A stretch of DNA of 64,000 nucleotides from an uncultured euryarchaeote (GCA_937911345.1 CALDPP010000012.1:361-64360); one strand, 5' to 3'; positions 41,201 to 50,975 are shown, counted from the stretch's first letter. The notes: a model not told the origin generated them from the letters alone. Numbers and translations: made by a program.

Positions 41201-42105
41201 TAGCAGTGATAACCGTAGGGCTATGTGTACTTGCTGGAATCGGTTTGATTGGTCGCAACGACCTGGGTTTACGCATCCCCAATGCGGTTGAAGGTATCGT
41301 CTATCTTTTGGCCTTAGACAGAGTGTTTGCTCTAATTATTGGAGGTGAGGTCCCGATTATGTATCGAGTTGATCCGTTTGATGGAAGTTTGGTGGATTGG
41401 ACATTGCCCTTGCTATTTGTCGAATTTGTTCTGCTCGCCTGTGTATTTGCTTATGATTGGGTAGAAAAACAGCGTTTGATGCGCGGCTTAGAAGATCATA
41501 GAGGGGCCGTTGGTCGCTCTGCATGGGTGATTTTTGCGGGCCTAATCTCTGTTGGATTCGCTGGCGTACTGGCAATCATATTAGTAATTAGACGCAGTTG
41601 GAACTGGACTCAGCCTGCTGCTGTGATGGTTTCATGGTTGTTAGCACCAGTAGCAATTTCAGGGCTTATGTATTGGTCGATGGACTTGTTTGGTGTAGAG
41701 CCAATCGGAATACATGTACTAGCTACAGTGTTTGGAGCAGCATCGATATTCTTTGTGATTTGGTCGGTAGCGACAGATTCGGGTGTTTGGTTGGCTGCAG
41801 GGCTCTGGTCTGTACACTTGTTGCTGATACCATCTGGATTTGGTTGGAGTAGTTTGACCATTGTGGCAATATTGATGATTATTTGCTCGGCGACATCCTG
41901 GGTCAGCGGAATTTTGGTCATGAGAAAGTCATGGCGAGTATTTGGTGCCCTTGATATGGTGCTTGCTTGGATTGTTGCAATGGTTATGTTTAGTACAGGG
42001 GCAGGTATTGAAGCAATGCTAGCAATCCTGATTGCATCATCAGTACTACTAGGTATCGTGACATATCTCAATCAAACTTATGAAAAGCAAATCATCAACG
42101 GTTAA
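38212..42105 (+). CDS. Very large polytopic membrane protein of unknown function
   Basis: About 1297 aa. Acidic N-terminus followed by roughly 30 hydrophobic segments and an internal charged coiled-coil. Confidence 0.75.
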   Translation: MSDDAGEEKESPSKDGSRDEIIRKRSFSRARGIDISSFMVDDESKTETTDIVEKAEVEQDIAMGEIAEIFSKGGEDFDRPGAIQKDGTVKTAPENDSVTDLAVHGEKRLGFGLLIAMIFSWSLIGTIVGTVLDPILGAIGLTVMAVVGLYLGEKWIPNPNMRILGVTWVIISMKLIYGLVLDLWHWGWLDDFSFANENDILGALLLLGVVLNIGIAQRHDEDAIAAQATLILLVVGSAAGAIYGEFGVAIMIGIGTILLHGLAIVRNSGNLASMGIAVSYLWVGVHAISNNWEFFGLEILPFEDELLLFLLMVCVTATNSTMAAMFVNKDNWFSDAFKSLGLGKPGLWSVSVGLGMIGALLAVAANRLETGYALAQLVLLLTAFSASYLIVRGVEWPRLLPLIVLPAPILLFALAILESGIIELSLPYGLRPYSIYAAITAALTAGALLRNQTAVSDHVLWAGGLLIVVLLTLLIPANDAGSGARTLLVSQGLVWVGLAQLSMYRDSPSIAGTAVVGPWLWLLFFATDAESRLVSADYVPILIEQYDLAIWMIVLLSQQIWVNMKHGDTGFNLASKLSGMSELGARLRDSEVLQLWNLSFLLALFVTWAITRPGALPAIGLFGVLVLLMISHAIMVLFDKHKGRPRSLMTIWGVSVIALSWTYGQQGIWAITLVITSAILLISSDRMKRSGVSDELLQKAEALPGQLLTLMMGLLSGLFIIIALEPLNLMELDGSSLLPDESFNLYTLTGITLVGLVLYLRRAATVEKLLPPAISAVGLLAVMAITAQVKDSAIVLLATVLAFIGSGAYLAVQGEFRSEMRSIAKKEERLLRIEEKQARLQRFVEAQVEQKGESATNIEGQDTKSKLKMIDVEMLDLVEKQRKRAKRAGTSGEYDLELGDIHHRPVIVIAFLITTILASTYLSFTSSLSYLILAFCVVVSILFIALARIRANDIGLRLPDIAGIELPIAISMGGLVLVHLAGRISDSVVGLDDAKHLAVITVGLCVLAGIGLIGRNDLGLRIPNAVEGIVYLLALDRVFALIIGGEVPIMYRVDPFDGSLVDWTLPLLFVEFVLLACVFAYDWVEKQRLMRGLEDHRGAVGRSAWVIFAGLISVGFAGVLAIILVIRRSWNWTQPAAVMVSWLLAPVAISGLMYWSMDLFGVEPIGIHVLATVFGAASIFFVIWSVATDSGVWLAAGLWSVHLLLIPSGFGWSSLTIVAILMIICSATSWVSGILVMRKSWRVFGALDMVLAWIVAMVMFSTGAGIEAMLAILIASSVLLGIVTYLNQTYEKQIING

Positions 42106-43744
42106 TCATGTGCATTTCAAGTAAGTCACAAGCCTCGTTAATGGCTTCTTGAATCCCGACATTACTGCCGCCATACTCCAAACGGGCCGACACTGAAATC
42201 TTCGCCTGCGTACCACTATTCCTTACTCCAATCGAAAGTTTTGCTTCACCGTACAAGCAGTTAATCAACATCAAATTAGGCTCTCCGGGAATTGTTGTTC
42301 TATGCCACTGTGATACCAAATTAAATTCTGATAATTTATCGAATAATGATTTTTCAATGACATCTGATAATTTGTTGTTGCCATTCCATTTACCTCTATC
42401 GACATCTTTTACCGATTGGCGTTGTTTCCAGCCCCTGTCCATTAACTTCGATTCGTCTAGTTTTGTTGTCGCAAGCAGGTATGCAACCAAGGTCATTGCT
42501 CCATCACCAACAAGAGACCATGCTGACTCATGATTTGGGTGTGGTGATGCTAGTACAACATGCCCCGAATCCTCAACTCCAAGAACACTTGGCATTGAAG
42601 AATTAGTGATGAATTCATTGATTTGGTTATTTGATAAATTGAATGATAGCCACCGATCGCCAACTGCTGTTTCGTTAGCGGTAACTTGCGTTGGAAACCG
42701 ATTAAGATTGGTTGTCAATGAAAGATCTGATTCAATGCTAGCTGCTAGGCTCCAATCTTTACCGGAATTTGTAACGCTATTGAGAAATGTGTCAGCAATT
42801 CGATCGCCATCAATCACTTTGAATCCATGTTGCGTTGCCTCAATCAGTAAACATCTATCCCCATCGCCATCAAGTGCTGCAGCAACTAATGTACCAGGTT
42901 TTGATTGAGAGAGTTGATTAATTAAAATGTGAGGTGATTCTTTGGCCTCTACAAATGTCCATTCTTGTGTCGGAGAAAAGTCGCCTGCGCCGCAATTATC
43001 GTTCAAGTCCGTCGCCTCGTCGCTGACTTCTACCGCTTGGACCCCGTTACTCGAGAGCCAATCTGCTAGCCAAAACCGGCCAACTCCCTTTGAGGAGTCT
43101 ACCAGCAGTGGTTGGTGGATATTTTTTGCCTGGGAAATATCTCGTTGAATCAAACCGGCAAGGATTTGGTAACGACGTGAAAGCCAATGAGGATGATTGT
43201 TTTTGGACCATTCTGCTAAATTATGAGATATTGAGGGTTGACTCAACCTTTCACTATCGATTGAGTCAATTTCCCTTTCCTCTTGAGAGAGAGAGATTGC
43301 ATTACGAGAAAGTTGTTCCTCGAATTCTGGCGTGGTCTTGTAGCCGTATTTTGAAAATATTTTCAAGCCAGAATCATCTACTGGATTGTGACTAGCAGTA
43401 ATCATACAACCAAAATCTGCATTGAAAGAAAGTGTTGCATAATGTAGTGTAGGCGTTGCACACAATCCAATATGTACAACTTCAAAATCCGCAAGATTTA
43501 GTCCAACTGTTAGATGACCTGCTAACAGATTGTTTGCCGGCCGATCATCCCAACCAACAACTACGCGTGGTTTTTTGTGAGGATCAAATTCAGCAGAGCG
43601 CCCTAACGATTCACCAATTAATCTCAACACTGGAGGTGAAAACTCGCGATGCTCAATCAAGCGAGTTATTGCTTCCTCCTCATTGGCAATATCTATGTTC
43701 ACCTTTCCTCGAATACCATCTGTGCCAAATAGATTAACACTCAT
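42095..43744 (-). CDS. Phosphoglucosamine/phosphomannomutase family protein (GlmM-like)
   Basis: FGTDGIRG, MITASHNP, DGDGDR, VGDRW, GVEDSGH, RNSGTQ. Confidence 0.88.
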   Translation of the reverse strand: MSVNLFGTDGIRGKVNIDIANEEEAITRLIEHREFSPPVLRLIGESLGRSAEFDPHKKPRVVVGWDDRPANNLLAGHLTVGLNLADFEVVHIGLCATPTLHYATLSFNADFGCMITASHNPVDDSGLKIFSKYGYKTTPEFEEQLSRNAISLSQEEREIDSIDSERLSQPSISHNLAEWSKNNHPHWLSRRYQILAGLIQRDISQAKNIHQPLLVDSSKGVGRFWLADWLSSNGVQAVEVSDEATDLNDNCGAGDFSPTQEWTFVEAKESPHILINQLSQSKPGTLVAAALDGDGDRCLLIEATQHGFKVIDGDRIADTFLNSVTNSGKDWSLAASIESDLSLTTNLNRFPTQVTANETAVGDRWLSFNLSNNQINEFITNSSMPSVLGVEDSGHVVLASPHPNHESAWSLVGDGAMTLVAYLLATTKLDESKLMDRGWKQRQSVKDVDRGKWNGNNKLSDVIEKSLFDKLSEFNLVSQWHRTTIPGEPNLMLINCLYGEAKLSIGVRNSGTQAKISVSARLEYGGSNVGIQEAINEACDLLEMHMINR

Positions 43745-43748
43745 TCAA

Positions 43749-44450
43749 TCACCTATGGGTTGATGATTGGTCGTGGATTCCAGTTACTGTAACATTTGGC
43801 CAAACAATACTGTTGATGCCTAACACCGTTCCTGGATTTGTAACTGCATTGCAACCTAATTGGCAACCCTCGCCAAGTATCGCACCAAACTTTCTCAGAC
43901 CGCTGCCAATCCTTGAGTCGCCGACCCTCAAGTATACTTCCGTGCCGTCATTTCTTAAATTGCTCAATTTTACTCCAGCGCCTAAGTTGACTGATTTACC
44001 AAGTATTGAATCTCCCACATAATTGAAATGTGGAGCTTTGGAATGCGGTAATAAGATTGAATGTTTGACTTCAGAACAATGGCCTACCAAGGCTGAAGAG
44101 CAAATCCAAGCATTTTCTCTGATGTAGGCTCCATGTCTAATTATCGCATCTTTACCGACAAAACATGGTCCGATAAAGTGTGTTGACGGTTCAATTACTG
44201 CCCCTGACTCAATCATTACTCGACCCTTAGATTCGTCGTAGGTGACAGTTTCTGGGAGTTTGCTTAGATCTATCAAATCTAGCTCGCTAGTCTCAAGTAC
44301 CCTCATTTGATGTTTTAGATTGTGTTCCTTATCTTCCGCGAAAATTTGCCAAACGGGTTCCTCTGTTGGAAGCGTTGGTATGAGCCACGCACTCTGTTCG
44401 GTTAGGCTAGGAAACAGCGAATTCGCAAAAGCGTGACTGGGCCATTCCAT
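43749..44450 (-). CDS. Stand-alone GlmU-type hexapeptide acetyltransferase domain
   Basis: GAYIR, GHCSEVKHS, APHFNYVGDSILG, NLGAG, RKFGAILG. No nucleotidyltransferase domain. Confidence 0.82.
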   Translation of the reverse strand: MEWPSHAFANSLFPSLTEQSAWLIPTLPTEEPVWQIFAEDKEHNLKHQMRVLETSELDLIDLSKLPETVTYDESKGRVMIESGAVIEPSTHFIGPCFVGKDAIIRHGAYIRENAWICSSALVGHCSEVKHSILLPHSKAPHFNYVGDSILGKSVNLGAGVKLSNLRNDGTEVYLRVGDSRIGSGLRKFGAILGEGCQLGCNAVTNPGTVLGINSIVWPNVTVTGIHDQSSTHR

Positions 44451-44487
44451 AGCCATGCGAAATGGTTAATCAAAATGAATCTGCCGT

Positions 44488-44739
44488 TTATGCAGCAAGC
44501 CTGTAAAGGCGTTTGCCTGTAGAATTGTCAAGTTTGAATCCCACAAGATCAGATAGGTACCTTGGAATAAATAGCCCTACTTTTCTTGTTGTAAGGCCAT
44601 GATTACGCATTCTTCGCTCATTTGAGAGATAATGAACTATGTCCGCAGCAGAACAATCTGGTACAACTGCAATATATTCTACAATCTCTTCTTTGAGGCG
44701 TTCTAGTCTGGCTTCTTTCTGTGAACCTTTTCCTCTCAT
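44488..44739 (-). CDS. Small basic winged-helix-like protein
   Basis: IVEYI..PDCSAADIVHYL..LTTRKVG..GKRLYRL. Start at MRGKG is supported by a box 22 nt upstream. Confidence 0.6.
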   Translation of the reverse strand: MRGKGSQKEARLERLKEEIVEYIAVVPDCSAADIVHYLSNERRMRNHGLTTRKVGLFIPRYLSDLVGFKLDNSTGKRLYRLAA

Positions 44740-44803
44740 TTGTATCATATATACATTGTATTTGATGATATATAATCGGGCTATTGGGGAATCCACGGGA
44801 GCC

Positions 44804-45613
44804 CTAAACAATATCTAGAATATCCTGCCAACGCTTCGAAGAGCCACGTCGGAAATAGTTGGTATGAAATTCTCTCTGACCAACATGTATGCAGCGTATG
44901 ATTTTGCCTCTGCTATCATAACAACCATAGTTGGTATGTATTGGAATCATGACTTGCGATATATCGAATGATGGTCCATTGGCTTCTGGTTCTTCATCGG
45001 TGCAAGTTTCTGTTTTACCGTCCCATGTGATTGATTCTACAGATGGGTGTTTTAATTGTAGATCATTTTCAACCCTTATGAGGCCTTCATTTGCTTTCAC
45101 TCCCCGCCAATCACCCCGTTTACCATTGTTCAACCAAGTAACCATTGTCTTCATCTGCGACAATGTAGCAAACGCGAGATGGGTAACTTCCCACCAGCCA
45201 GGTGTTCTTGCTAAGGTAACATGATGAATTCCTGGTCTTACCATTCTACTGTCAAGTCCATCTGCATAGGTTCGGCAAAGACCGGTTATCCTAACACATA
45301 TCACCGGAATAATACCTAACTTTAGCCTTGACAATTGGAAAGGGTTAGCCAATTCTCCTAGCAACAAGATTGGCATTCTATCTTCAAGGTTTGACGAAGA
45401 ATTTGATGATAAAAACTCACCAAGTGTTGAATCTCCAACGCTTGCTTGAGAGATTTTTTGTTTCAATTCATCGATTTGAATTTCTCCGCCATCGTTTAGA
45501 TTAAATTCTAATGGTAACAAATCAATATCGGTGGACACAAATGGAGATTTAGGTAGTGGTTGGGGGGAATTATTTGGCGTATACTGCCAATGTGATGCTC
45601 TCATTTTCTCCAT
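44804..45613 (-). CDS. Hypothetical protein, possibly gamma-glutamylcyclotransferase-like fold
   Basis: RMPILLLGELANPFQL..IPV..ITG..TL.RTPG loosely resembles GGCT-like YGSN families. Confidence 0.45.
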   Translation of the reverse strand: MEKMRASHWQYTPNNSPQPLPKSPFVSTDIDLLPLEFNLNDGGEIQIDELKQKISQASVGDSTLGEFLSSNSSSNLEDRMPILLLGELANPFQLSRLKLGIIPVICVRITGLCRTYADGLDSRMVRPGIHHVTLARTPGWWEVTHLAFATLSQMKTMVTWLNNGKRGDWRGVKANEGLIRVENDLQLKHPSVESITWDGKTETCTDEEPEANGPSFDISQVMIPIHTNYGCYDSRGKIIRCIHVGQREFHTNYFRRGSSKRWQDILDIV

Positions 45614-45651
45614 CGTTTATCCCTACTGGTAGATATTATTGAAATCGCCGC

Positions 45652-46029
45652 TTATTCTAGAAAGGTGTTTTCTTGGAAACATTGTGGGCATGTTACCTTT
45701 ATCGGCCTTATCGAAGGAATGCCTAACGCAGCTCCGCAGCCAGGACAGTTGATTGCTTGACTCACTTGCTGCCTTCTTTGTGATGCGTCTGGGCTTGGGT
45801 CATACTCAAAGCGATGGTTTGACTGGACTGAAATATTCGTGTTAATCGATGGATTGGAGTTTCCTGTTTGATGAATATGTTGTTGATGAAGGGGTTGATT
45901 TGGTAGCATTCCAATAACTTGGTTTGCGCTAAGCCCATACTTATTACCAATGTTTGTTGCCTGTAAATTCAGTTCATAACCAGAGAGACTCATTAGCAGG
46001 TCATACTCATCTGGTGAAATAATGGTCAT
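45652..46029 (-). CDS. Hypothetical protein with C-terminal zinc ribbon
   Basis: CPGC-x13-CPQC after a Q/H/N-rich linker. Confidence 0.7.
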   Translation of the reverse strand: MTIISPDEYDLLMSLSGYELNLQATNIGNKYGLSANQVIGMLPNQPLHQQHIHQTGNSNPSINTNISVQSNHRFEYDPSPDASQRRQQVSQAINCPGCGAALGIPSIRPIKVTCPQCFQENTFLE

Positions 46030-46173
46030 GTTGTTGCCACATCGAAAAACGTTTTAGATAGTTTAGATGGTTTGATTACTGATATATTGTAATTCAAGTC
46101 GGCTAAAATATGATATATATATTGAAAGAGTTCAAAAGCAACAGGGTTCGGCGATGGGCTGAGGAACCTAGGG

Positions 46174-46656
46174 ATGAGTAGATCTAAGATGAAAAAATCT
46201 TCACGAAGTAAATCTGAGAAAATGACGCCTCAAGAGCGATCAAGAATCGTTCGAAGTATAACCTGTCGAGATACTATGACTGACGCCAATTGGGTATTTG
46301 CCCATGATACAATGGCAGATGTTTTGGATGATCTAACTCAAAATGACTGGGACCACGTTTTCGTTGTCAATAAGGAAGGAGTTCCAATGGGCAGAATTCA
46401 CGCCGTAGATGTCCTAAAAATCGTTGCTAAGAAGAATGTGGAACGTTCTGTCGCCTGGATGCTAAGTGTACCTGCTAAACAACTAATTAACCTCCCTCCA
46501 TTAACAGTCAAAACTAACACGCCACTGCTAAAAGCGGGAGCCCTAATGTTAACTCATGACTTAAACCAAATTGCTGTTGTTAACTCAGATGGCGTACTAG
46601 TTGGCGTAGTTGGCCACAAAACAATGGCAAAACACTTGCCCAGATTTATTCTGTAA
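46174..46656 (+). CDS. CBS-domain pair protein
   Basis: VFVVNKEGVPMGRI and IAVVNSDGVLVGVV CBS motifs. Confidence 0.85.
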   Translation: MSRSKMKKSSRSKSEKMTPQERSRIVRSITCRDTMTDANWVFAHDTMADVLDDLTQNDWDHVFVVNKEGVPMGRIHAVDVLKIVAKKNVERSVAWMLSVPAKQLINLPPLTVKTNTPLLKAGALMLTHDLNQIAVVNSDGVLVGVVGHKTMAKHLPRFIL

Positions 46657-47775
46657 TCAGATGCCCCAATATCGCTCGGATTGGGCTTGTTTCGCTTGAA
46701 GCGAATTCTTGATTGTTGTAGCCATCCAAAGTACTACGACCCAGATTATCGGATAGAATAAATCGTCAAGAATTTGATTTACGCTAAACTCGTATGATTT
46801 ACCGTTCAGTACTTCCGTAGAAATTTGTAGTGCGGAATCGACAAACGAGTACACAACCATGCCAAATATGCTAAGGACAATTAATCTGCCTGAGAATGAC
46901 CCTCTCCTCAATCGCAAAAACATAAATCCAGCAGTTGATGTTAGAAACGCAATTACAATCCATGCTAAAGCTGCGTGTGTAACTTCCAACCAAAGTACGG
47001 ATGTAGTGCTATCAGATACTAACAGAGTATACTCTTGATAACCTTCTGCAACAGCAAATATTGCGCTAAATACTGTAGCCGTCCACAATAATGATGAGAA
47101 CATTGCCGCATCGGCATTGTCACGCATCTCTTGGATTACTCGATTAACCGTGGTTTCAATTCCTGCTCCTTTGCTAAATATATACAGTCCTGTGACCAGT
47201 GGTAGTGCGCCAATTACGATACCACCAATTTCAGCGGGCAGCATAATTCCTAAGCCCAATATTGCCAATACAAGCCCAAATGGAATCATGATTTTTGCCC
47301 GCCATTTTGGGTCTTCCAAGGCCTTAACAATGTAGTAATATGTTCCCTCGATACCCTTTGATTGTTTTACGATAATTTTCTCAACATGGTCAATTCTAAC
47401 CTGAGACTGAATAATTGGTAAAACTGACTCGTCCTCGGCTCCGTCGGTCACTAAAATTGCTTTATCTGGCTGAAAAGTTGTGACTATCTCTTCGAGTTGT
47501 GCCGCTATTGCCCGGTCTGACCTGATGCCAACTTTCTCATCTCCTGTTAGAATAGCAATCTCAACTTCATCATCATCCCCTAGTGACTCCGATAGGTTAT
47601 CGTGCTGCGATAATGCACCTAAAATAGCGTTGGTATCACTTTCCTCCGGATCTGCAATGCCGAGTTTTAACGCTGCTGTTAGAACTTGTCGTCGGCCTAC
47701 CACTGGCCCTCTAATTGCCGTTTTAATACCGAGATCATTGTCTCGGTCGACAGTCAAAACGAGAGTTCTAGTCAT
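46657..47775 (-). CDS. DUF373 family membrane protein
   Basis: LVLTVDRDNDLG.K, DPEESDTN, VTDGAEDE, VKQS..IE.TYY, followed by TM helices. Confidence 0.9.
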   Translation of the reverse strand: MTRTLVLTVDRDNDLGIKTAIRGPVVGRRQVLTAALKLGIADPEESDTNAILGALSQHDNLSESLGDDDEVEIAILTGDEKVGIRSDRAIAAQLEEIVTTFQPDKAILVTDGAEDESVLPIIQSQVRIDHVEKIIVKQSKGIEGTYYYIVKALEDPKWRAKIMIPFGLVLAILGLGIMLPAEIGGIVIGALPLVTGLYIFSKGAGIETTVNRVIQEMRDNADAAMFSSLLWTATVFSAIFAVAEGYQEYTLLVSDSTTSVLWLEVTHAALAWIVIAFLTSTAGFMFLRLRRGSFSGRLIVLSIFGMVVYSFVDSALQISTEVLNGKSYEFSVNQILDDLFYPIIWVVVLWMATTIKNSLQAKQAQSERYWGI

Positions 47776-47838
47776 AATGTGCACCGTTGGTTGTAGACGC
47801 TAGTATGTTCTACATTTCAAATCCTTCGCGCGAATTCC

Positions 47839-49101
47839 TCATTCGCTGGTTAAATTCTTGACTGATTCTTCAGAGTCATCGCCTTGTGAATTTTCGGCAT
47901 CTAATGGTTCGTCATCTTGACGTATATTTGCTTGAGCTTGCTGATTTTTTGCTTTCCAGCGTTGAGTTGCTCGAATATATTTTAACGGATGGTCCATCCA
48001 AGAGATATCGCATAATCTGTCATCTCCCGGCAGTACTGGACAATTATGGTTAACTTTCAGTTTGCCACAGGATGCAGGAGTATATTCTCCGTTGTAAACA
48101 TGATTCACTTGATATGTTGTGGTTGATTCACTGAAGTCGGGTGCGCCTCGAAAGAAACCAATACATGATTCCTCAGGCAAGGCTAATTTTGCTGATATCG
48201 ATGCTAGGAATAATCTCCCAAAATGATTTACATTCACACCGTTTGCTAAATCTGCAATAATTTTTCTCATACAAGGTGGCCAATCAGATTCCTCAGCGCC
48301 TACCAAATTGATCGCTTCGCTGGCCTTGCTGGCCATGAGATTCCTAACCATCCCAACCGGTTCTGCAAGCCTCAAAGCCAACTCCATATCGATATTCTGC
48401 ATTTTCTGCAATGCTTCCTGTTCAATATGATGCTTGATCCGCTCCCTCAGAAGCCTAGCCAATTTCGCTGATGAAGAATATTGTTGCTCATTGAAGAGAG
48501 TAATCTTTCCTTTGCTTATTTGAGCATTGGCTAAGCGCCATCTTGAGCCAGTTATTTTTGGGCAAATTTCTATGAAATCGGACATGCCAATTTTCCATAA
48601 ATTACCATCTTGATTTTGTCTTAGCCTACGATTGTTGTTAGTGTTGACTAATTGTTTAGACTGAGATAAGTCGACATCCTTCTCAATATCAGAAAGAAAG
48701 GTTTTAGCAATTATTTCTAGATTTTCGCTGTCTTTTGTCAAAACCTGTTCCGCTCTGGTTGCTTCTGCTTGGGCCCATCGAGCAATTAGACGCTCGTCTT
48801 CTGAAGCGAACACTACTAAACGCGCATAGTAGAAAGAAAACGCTTCGATAATTCGCCCCTCTTCGGTGAAGATATCGCCTCCAACAACTGCAACGCCATC
48901 TTTGGATTCTATCGAATCTATCAAGCGTATTCTCGCTCTTGAGCGAGCTTTCTCCATCCATTCACCATCTAATAATTCATCCAAATCAATGTCATGTTCG
49001 ATGGCTAATCCTTGAATCCATTCGGTTGCCTGAGGCAAAAATGGATATCTTGCTAAAGTCACCTCGTTCTCTATGAGAGGAGTGACTTTCGGAGTCGGCA
49101 T
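47839..49101 (-). CDS. priL: DNA primase large subunit
   Basis: ARYPFLP, WPPCM, HFGRLFLAS, PDF...TTYQVNH, YTPASC..L...C....C..HPLKY (Fe-S domain). Confidence 0.9.
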   Translation of the reverse strand: MPTPKVTPLIENEVTLARYPFLPQATEWIQGLAIEHDIDLDELLDGEWMEKARSRARIRLIDSIESKDGVAVVGGDIFTEEGRIIEAFSFYYARLVVFASEDERLIARWAQAEATRAEQVLTKDSENLEIIAKTFLSDIEKDVDLSQSKQLVNTNNNRRLRQNQDGNLWKIGMSDFIEICPKITGSRWRLANAQISKGKITLFNEQQYSSSAKLARLLRERIKHHIEQEALQKMQNIDMELALRLAEPVGMVRNLMASKASEAINLVGAEESDWPPCMRKIIADLANGVNVNHFGRLFLASISAKLALPEESCIGFFRGAPDFSESTTTYQVNHVYNGEYTPASCGKLKVNHNCPVLPGDDRLCDISWMDHPLKYIRATQRWKAKNQQAQANIRQDDEPLDAENSQGDDSEESVKNLTSE

Positions 49102-49177
49102 GAGTCTTCCACAATCTAAGAGTCATATCAATTTCACGATGATATTATTTCATGTGGCTGATTGAACTGGAATTGTT

Positions 49178-49927
49178 GTGGCCGATGACATAATTCCTGG
49201 TTTGATTGGGGTTCAAACCAAAGTGAGAGAGTTTTTTGGTTGGAAGTATCAAAGTGACTTGCTCAGTGCGAATTTAATGGCTGAATCGTTGAATTCCAAA
49301 AATCCACTTGGGGTTGAGATATGGTCGCCAAAAAATAGGATTTCAGAATTTGATAAGTTGAAACAAAAACTGCTTGCTGCACCTAGAGTTGTGGTTGTTG
49401 GTGCATCCGTGAATGATGACGACTTCATCGGTTTTGACTTTGAAAACAGCGTTGTTATTGCTGCAGATGGATCGATTGGTGGAGTTGTTGAGTTAGCTGA
49501 GGTTGCTTGTGTGGTCACCGATTTTGATGGTAATCCCCATTTGGATAAAGCAGCCGAATCTGGCGCTGTTTTTGTCGCCCACGCCCACGGCGATAACATT
49601 TCACAGTGGCAAGAATGTTTGGATAAATGGCGAATTCTTCAGAATCCTCCCGCATTAATTCTCTCGCATCAAGTTGACGAGGCGATAGATGGAATGTACA
49701 ATTATGGTGGTTTTACTGATGGAGATAGAGCTGTATGCCTAGCAATTGGTCTGGGTGTTCCAGTTGAGAAAATTTCACTCATTGGATTTTCAACAACTAA
49801 AATCGGACAATGGTCGGGACAAACAAACCCAGAAAAAAAATTGCAAAAATTAGCATGGATGTTGCAGGTGCTGCAAATCATTGGACTAGAAGAACAGGTA
49901 GATTCTAACGTTTACGAAGGGATTTAA
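49178..49927 (+). CDS. mptE: 6-hydroxymethyl-7,8-dihydropterin pyrophosphokinase (MptE/DUF115)
   Basis: IAADG, VVTDFDG, HAHGDN, NYGGFTDGDRA, K.QKL.W. Confidence 0.85.
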   Translation: MADDIIPGLIGVQTKVREFFGWKYQSDLLSANLMAESLNSKNPLGVEIWSPKNRISEFDKLKQKLLAAPRVVVVGASVNDDDFIGFDFENSVVIAADGSIGGVVELAEVACVVTDFDGNPHLDKAAESGAVFVAHAHGDNISQWQECLDKWRILQNPPALILSHQVDEAIDGMYNYGGFTDGDRAVCLAIGLGVPVEKISLIGFSTTKIGQWSGQTNPEKKLQKLAWMLQVLQIIGLEEQVDSNVYEGI

Positions 49928-50975
49928 GCCGCTCTCTCATCGATTCTCGGCGTTCATCATTATCGTCTGATACATTGCTTGTTAAGCGCCGATTAAACAT
50001 CTCGTCTTGCCAAACAAATAGGTCGCCTTTTTCATCACCGGCTGCAACCCTATTGCCATTCGAATGAATACAATTTACTTTCCCGCAGACCATAGACGAT
50101 ATGGTCTCGCCATCACCCTGATAAATCACTTTCAGCAGACCGTTAATACCATCCTGTATGCCTACCCAAATGGTTGATTTATCATCGACTAGAAATCCGG
50201 AACATAATGTCGATATTGTCCCTATCTTGGACGACCATTGCGGCTCAAAATTAGATTTTAACGTTGTCAACTCATTGTCTTTACCGACGGTGATGAATTT
50301 ACTATCTGTCGCACAGATGACTGAGATTGAATCTCCTAGACCTGACAAGACTTTGTGATTTGAAGTCGTCAGGTCTCCGTTTGCATGACCAAAAATGGCT
50401 CCTTCGATAGAATCTGTTCCAGTAGTCACTGGCGAAGTTGATTCAAGAGTCAAATAAGTCAAGCTGCCGTCATTCTCAACAATTCCCGCGCCCATCTTTG
50501 GCCTGCCTAACCCCACTAGTAATTGATCTGAGGAGACAATCATCGTCCATGGTCTTTCATCCATGTGAGTCTCCCAGACTTTCTCTCCTTTGCTATCAAA
50601 ACACCATATTGCAGAATCTATGAAATCGTTGTGCTCGATATCATATACTGAGGAGGTCGCGTAAATTAATCCATTAAATGTTGTAACCTCATCTGCACTT
50701 CCCTCTAATGCATGCTGCCAAATTAGTTCGCCTTGATTTGAATTTACAGCAACTAAATGCAACCCTGCACATACATAAACTGCGTTTTCTGTAACAGATA
50801 TGCTACCTATTCGGTCTGGGAGTTGGATGCTCCATACTTCATCTCCTTCCGCCGACCATTTAGTCAAAATTCCATTCCAACCGCCTGCAATAATTGAATT
50901 GTTTGAATCAATCAATAGCGCAGATACTGGCTCTCCGAGAGAGCGTCGCATCCAACATGCGCCAATCATGTTCAT
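49905..50975 (-). CDS. PQQ/WD40-like beta-propeller protein with a charged C-terminal helix
   Basis: Repeated G-x-x-x-W strands (GDEVWS, GELIWQ, GEKVWE). No signal peptide. Confidence 0.7.
   Translation of the reverse strand: MNMIGACWMRRSLGEPVSALLIDSNNSIIAGGWNGILTKWSAEGDEVWSIQLPDRIGSISVTENAVYVCAGLHLVAVNSNQGELIWQHALEGSADEVTTFNGLIYATSSVYDIEHNDFIDSAIWCFDSKGEKVWETHMDERPWTMIVSSDQLLVGLGRPKMGAGIVENDGSLTYLTLESTSPVTTGTDSIEGAIFGHANGDLTTSNHKVLSGLGDSISVICATDSKFITVGKDNELTTLKSNFEPQWSSKIGTISTLCSGFLVDDKSTIWVGIQDGINGLLKVIYQGDGETISSMVCGKVNCIHSNGNRVAAGDEKGDLFVWQDEMFNRRLTSNVSDDNDERRESMRERLKSLRKR

Noticed and set aside
49160-49172. TTCCAGTTCAATC mini-ORB-like sequence upstream of priL
   Set aside because: Short, no G-string, and it lies in the mptE promoter spacer.
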